From: a virus
Direction: 5' to 3' (one strand)
Length of the DNA: 18,731 nt
UHGV virus genome: UHGV-0371767
This document shows positions 15,743-18,731 of the stretch, in pieces. The position numbers were made by a program, and so were the translations under genes. Under the pieces are notes generated by a model. It saw nothing but the letters and a program-made list of their open reading frames with translations. It did not search any database and was not told where the DNA came from. Position 1 is the stretch's first letter; the number at the start of each line of letters is the position of its first letter.

Positions 15743-17817
15743 TTCGACTCCTGAAGCATTATTTCATAGTTGAACCGAACAAGAGTAGTAATTTTATCGA
15801 CATCAAAAGAATCAGGCATGATTGTTTTTACTGTATTATACAGGGATGTACGAAATATCGGCTCAATCTGTAAGTCATCGAAGACCTTTGTAACCAAATC
15901 ATAATGAGATATATTTTTCTCATCATATTTGATTGTTGTTCTTATTTTTGAAATAACTTCTCTCGGTGGAACGTTAATATCCATATAACCATGCTCATTA
16001 ATAGCATCTAACCCCTTTTCTATCTCATTCTGTAAGTCTTTATTCCCATCCCCCAGAAGCAAATATGATTTAATAAAGGAACGAGTTAACATCATATATA
16101 GTGAATTTCGATAAGAATGGCTCTTGATAATATCACGAGTAACACAGATAACAAAAGGAAACTCCAACCCTTTTACATGGTTTTTATTACTTATGAATAA
16201 CGTATCTTTAATTTTTTCTTTTGTTTCATATGCCTTATTAACCTTCCACCCTAATAATCTAGGCACGCTCAATTCAAGTCTGTCTGCGATTTTAAATATA
16301 GTCTTAGCCTGATCAATAAAGATGATACCAATATCATCAGCCAAAACAGTAGGATTCTCCTCCTTAATTTTACGGAGTATACCCAAAATATTCTCTTCTT
16401 CAGTTTCATATGTGGAATTAATTAATTCCACACTATGTATTTTTGCATCCGTTACATCTTCAAATCTTCTTAGTGGCTCTCTCTTTAATCTTAATTTACC
16501 TTTTACCGATTCATCAACTATATAACCGCAGGCTTCCCATTCATTATTCATTAACCAAGTTAATGGTTCTTCTTCAAATAGCCCCATACCTAAACCATGA
16601 GCAAACATCAATGTCCTTGGATCTGTTCGGTAGCATTTACTTAGAAGAAAGTCTGGCTGTATCTCATTAGAGATATTAGTATCAAATATACTTTGAAATA
16701 TATCACCAGCAACATAAATAGTATCACGAGTTACCAGCTCGCAAAGCTCAATGAAGCTTGATGGGAAATCCTGACTTTCATCTATTAACATAAAGTCAAA
16801 GCAATGCTTAAATTCATTGCTTGGCAACTTTTTTAGTTCATCCAACGCAATTCTACATACTTTATCGAAAGTCATCACATAGCTAAAGCGATAGAAACTT
16901 AATCCATAATATTCACATATATATCTATATGCGCCAGAGTTACCGTCATATTGAGAACCCCATGCATTAACACACCAAAGTCTTTCATTCCAGCTAATCT
17001 GCTGCTCGACCTTCATAAAGTTGAAAAACTCTGGAATTCTCTTTCTCATATTGTCTGCCAATATTTTATTATGGCACGTAAACATTATTTTACTATTTAA
17101 ATTCTCCTTATCCAAATATATTTCCTTTAACTTATGAAGCAATAGTTCAGTCTTACCAGTACCTGATAATCCTTGAATAACAACTTTTTTCTTATCAAAT
17201 TTTTGGTATACAAACCTTGTCTGATCTCCATCAAACAAAATTATCTTTTGCTTAACCTTGTCAAGTATATTATCTGGCACATTGCCTTTAACTTTATCAA
17301 TATTATTGATACTTCCTGTTAAGAGAGAGATAATTAACTCACTCTTTTTAGCCAGAACACCATCAATAATTTTAATTTCATCAAAAAACTTATCAAGATT
17401 ACCGAAACTAAAATCAGCGTATGAGCACTCAGTAACAAGTTTATCTTTCCACGCTCGAGGCCTACCAATTGTATCTTTATAATTGTATTTATCTGATAAG
17501 GAACCTAAATCCTCTATAAAATCCTCTATAAAATTTTGTATACCATCAACATCATCACTAAAAGCAACGAACGCTAATTGGTATCCTGGGCTTAATATAA
17601 TAAGAACATCGTCTCTATTATATTTATATTTATTTTCCCCTAAGGGATTCATTATTGCATAAATCTGCATTTGATGAGTATTTGCATACTCTTCAACAGA
17701 GTTCAAAAAATCAGCATTTGTATCATTTTTTAAATCAGGCTGGATATAAAAGAAACTGCTCATAGAAAGCCTTAACGAGGTGGATAAAAACTTATATGTT
17801 GTTTCTAAAATTAGCAT
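15739..17817 (-). CDS. Cargo gene A: SF1 helicase-like P-loop ATPase (UvrD/RecD/DUF2075-like motifs) with an unassigned N-terminal domain of about 200 aa
   Basis: 692-aa ORF. Walker A GLSGTGKT (aa 216-223), motif II LIDESQD (aa 344-350), motif III VAGDIFQS (aa 369-376), motif IV CYRT (aa 395-398), motif VI-like YMMLTRS near the C-terminus. Strongly AT-rich. The true start may be the internal ATG at 17763 (AAGG ribosome-binding site), giving 674 aa. Confidence 0.75.
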   Translation of the reverse strand: MLILETTYKFLSTSLRLSMSSFFYIQPDLKNDTNADFLNSVEEYANTHQMQIYAIMNPLGENKYKYNRDDVLIILSPGYQLAFVAFSDDVDGIQNFIEDFIEDLGSLSDKYNYKDTIGRPRAWKDKLVTECSYADFSFGNLDKFFDEIKIIDGVLAKKSELIISLLTGSINNIDKVKGNVPDNILDKVKQKIILFDGDQTRFVYQKFDKKKVVIQGLSGTGKTELLLHKLKEIYLDKENLNSKIMFTCHNKILADNMRKRIPEFFNFMKVEQQISWNERLWCVNAWGSQYDGNSGAYRYICEYYGLSFYRFSYVMTFDKVCRIALDELKKLPSNEFKHCFDFMLIDESQDFPSSFIELCELVTRDTIYVAGDIFQSIFDTNISNEIQPDFLLSKCYRTDPRTLMFAHGLGMGLFEEEPLTWLMNNEWEACGYIVDESVKGKLRLKREPLRRFEDVTDAKIHSVELINSTYETEEENILGILRKIKEENPTVLADDIGIIFIDQAKTIFKIADRLELSVPRLLGWKVNKAYETKEKIKDTLFISNKNHVKGLEFPFVICVTRDIIKSHSYRNSLYMMLTRSFIKSYLLLGDGNKDLQNEIEKGLDAINEHGYMDINVPPREVISKIRTTIKYDEKNISHYDLVTKVFDDLQIEPIFRTSLYNTVKTIMPDSFDVDKITTLVRFNYEIMLQESK

Positions 17818-17897
17818 TTTTCAACAAACTTTTCCATTCAGCCATCATCTTGCAGGTGCTTGTTTTGCCTTCCCCCCCACTCAGCCACTTGCGCGCG

Positions 17898-17916
17898 CTC
17901 GTATCCCCGCCACGCC
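17898..17916. other. Candidate cos site (cohesive-end sequence of a P2-like phage)
   Basis: Reverse complement of 17891..17925 reads GGCGTGGCGGGGATACGAGCGCGCGC, close to the P2 left cohesive end as I recall it (GGCGAGGCGGGGAAAGCAC followed by TGCGCGC); embedded in a short GC-rich block (about 17850..18060) between two AT-rich cargo regions. Confidence 0.55.
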
Positions 17917-18236
17917 TGCCCGCTTTGTATAGCGGTTTTCATGCACTCGCATGGCATAAGGGAAACCTTGCCAGAACTGGCGACCCTCAGCGAAAACGAT
18001 CTTCAAACGATCATGCGGATTCATGCAGCATAGACAGGCACTACTGAGCAATAGCGCTTGAGTTCAGTCAGATATGAGTCCTCAATGTAATACTAATACA
18101 TCTTAACCGTTCATCATTATTCACATCGGGCTATGTAATTACAGAAAAACTTTTCACAATCAATTTTATACTGGATTATTTCAGTTTATTGTATAATTCA
18201 TGACGCATGCAAATTGACATTAATTCAGGAGACAAA

Positions 18237-18731
18237 ATGACATTAATTGTAGCTGGTTTCGAAAAAGATGGAACAATTGTTTTTTGCGGGGACTCACTAA
18301 TAACAACAAAAGCAAATGGAAGCACTGTAAAATTGACATCGTCCTTCAGAAAAATAATACCACTAGAAATTATTGTGCGAGTACCGGAAATCGATCCAAG
18401 TGGAAAAATCATAAATTACATTGAAAGCCTTTGCCAACATCGCTGCATGATTGCATTTGCAGGAAGCACGCTAGTTTCTCAACATATTATAAATTCTATA
18501 CAAGGTCATCTGAAACAAATAAAATACACGTATGATTCTGGCACATATGACTATTCAGAAGGATGCATAAAGGGTGCTGGCTATAAGTTAATAATGGGTT
18601 GTGAAGATAACAAAAGCGTTGAGGAAACCTATTGGAACGAAGATATGTTTGTTGAGCCAGTAAAGAATGCGAACGAACTTATTAATAAAAATTTTCTACG
18701 CAACGTCTTTAGCCACTGCATACAGAAAACC
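18237..18731 (+). CDS. AT-rich cargo gene beyond cos, 3'-truncated by window end (165 codons visible); weak proteasome/HslV-like Ntn-hydrolase N-terminal signature
   Basis: ATG at 18237 preceded by AGGAG (18227..18231) and a TATAAT box at 18192..18197; open reading frame runs without stop to the window end (absent from the ORF track for that reason). N-terminus MTLIVAGFEKDGTIVFCGDS and later IAFAGS loosely resemble HslV (TTIVSVRRNGHVVIAGDGQ… VIAGFAGG). Confidence 0.55.
   Translation, partial: MTLIVAGFEKDGTIVFCGDSLITTKANGSTVKLTSSFRKIIPLEIIVRVPEIDPSGKIINYIESLCQHRCMIAFAGSTLVSQHIINSIQGHLKQIKYTYDSGTYDYSEGCIKGAGYKLIMGCEDNKSVEETYWNEDMFVEPVKNANELINKNFLRNVFSHCIQKT

Noticed and set aside
15113-17817. 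Considered assigning the helicase operon to Gabija, Hachiman or Old
   Set aside because: Gabija has a separate ATPase-Toprim gene before the helicase, Hachiman places a small DUF1837 gene before a larger SF2 helicase, and Old is a single ATPase-Toprim protein; gene order, sizes and SF1 motifs here fit none of these from what I can recall, so I left it unclassified.
17796-18047. 83-aa plus-strand ORF spanning the cos-like GC-rich block
   Set aside because: Pro/Leu/Ser-rich low-complexity translation, no ribosome-binding site, and it crosses the putative cohesive-end sequence; more likely non-coding packaging-site DNA.
18176-18412. 78-aa minus-strand ORF from the ORF track
   Set aside because: It overlaps the start of the much better supported plus-strand gene beginning at 18237 (strong ribosome-binding site, open to the window end) and would cover that gene's promoter region.
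1-18731. Searched for CRISPR arrays, tRNA genes, integrase or attachment-site repeats
   Set aside because: No spaced direct-repeat arrays, no tRNA-like cloverleaf candidates and no integrase were seen; the window appears to cover only the late region and cargo flanking cos, so prophage ends are outside it.

Overview
This window is almost entirely the late (morphogenesis, lysis, packaging) region of a P2-like temperate myovirus, most likely an enterobacterial prophage, in reverse orientation relative to the standard P2 map. Gene order by position is: DNA invertase (first 19 codons only, at the left edge), a roughly 2 kb invertible tail-fibre segment, H, I, J, W, V, an AT-rich insert, S, R, lysC/lysB/lysA, K, Y, X, L, M, N, O (all minus strand), then P and Q (plus strand), an AT-rich two-gene operon, a cos-like site, and a further AT-rich partial gene. 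Backbone genes were assigned by recalled similarity to P2 proteins, gene order and overlapping start/stop junctions; no database search was possible. Three accessory loci stand out. (1) Highest interest: a translationally coupled two-gene operon (15113..17817, minus strand) inserted between portal Q and cos, encoding an SF1 helicase-like ATPase with an unrecognised N-terminal domain plus a 209-aa partner; this is a candidate anti-phage defence system that I cannot assign to a named family. (2) A 218-aa two-transmembrane protein inserted between V and S, where I recall P2 orf30 lies. (3) A Gin/Pin/Cin-type tail-fibre inversion switch with both 26-bp crossover sites identifiable. A 3'-truncated AT-rich gene lies beyond cos (18237..18731). 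No tRNA, rRNA, CRISPR array, integrase or attachment site was found. Several ORF-track starts are GTG/TTG; where a ribosome-binding site supported an internal start I used it and said so.
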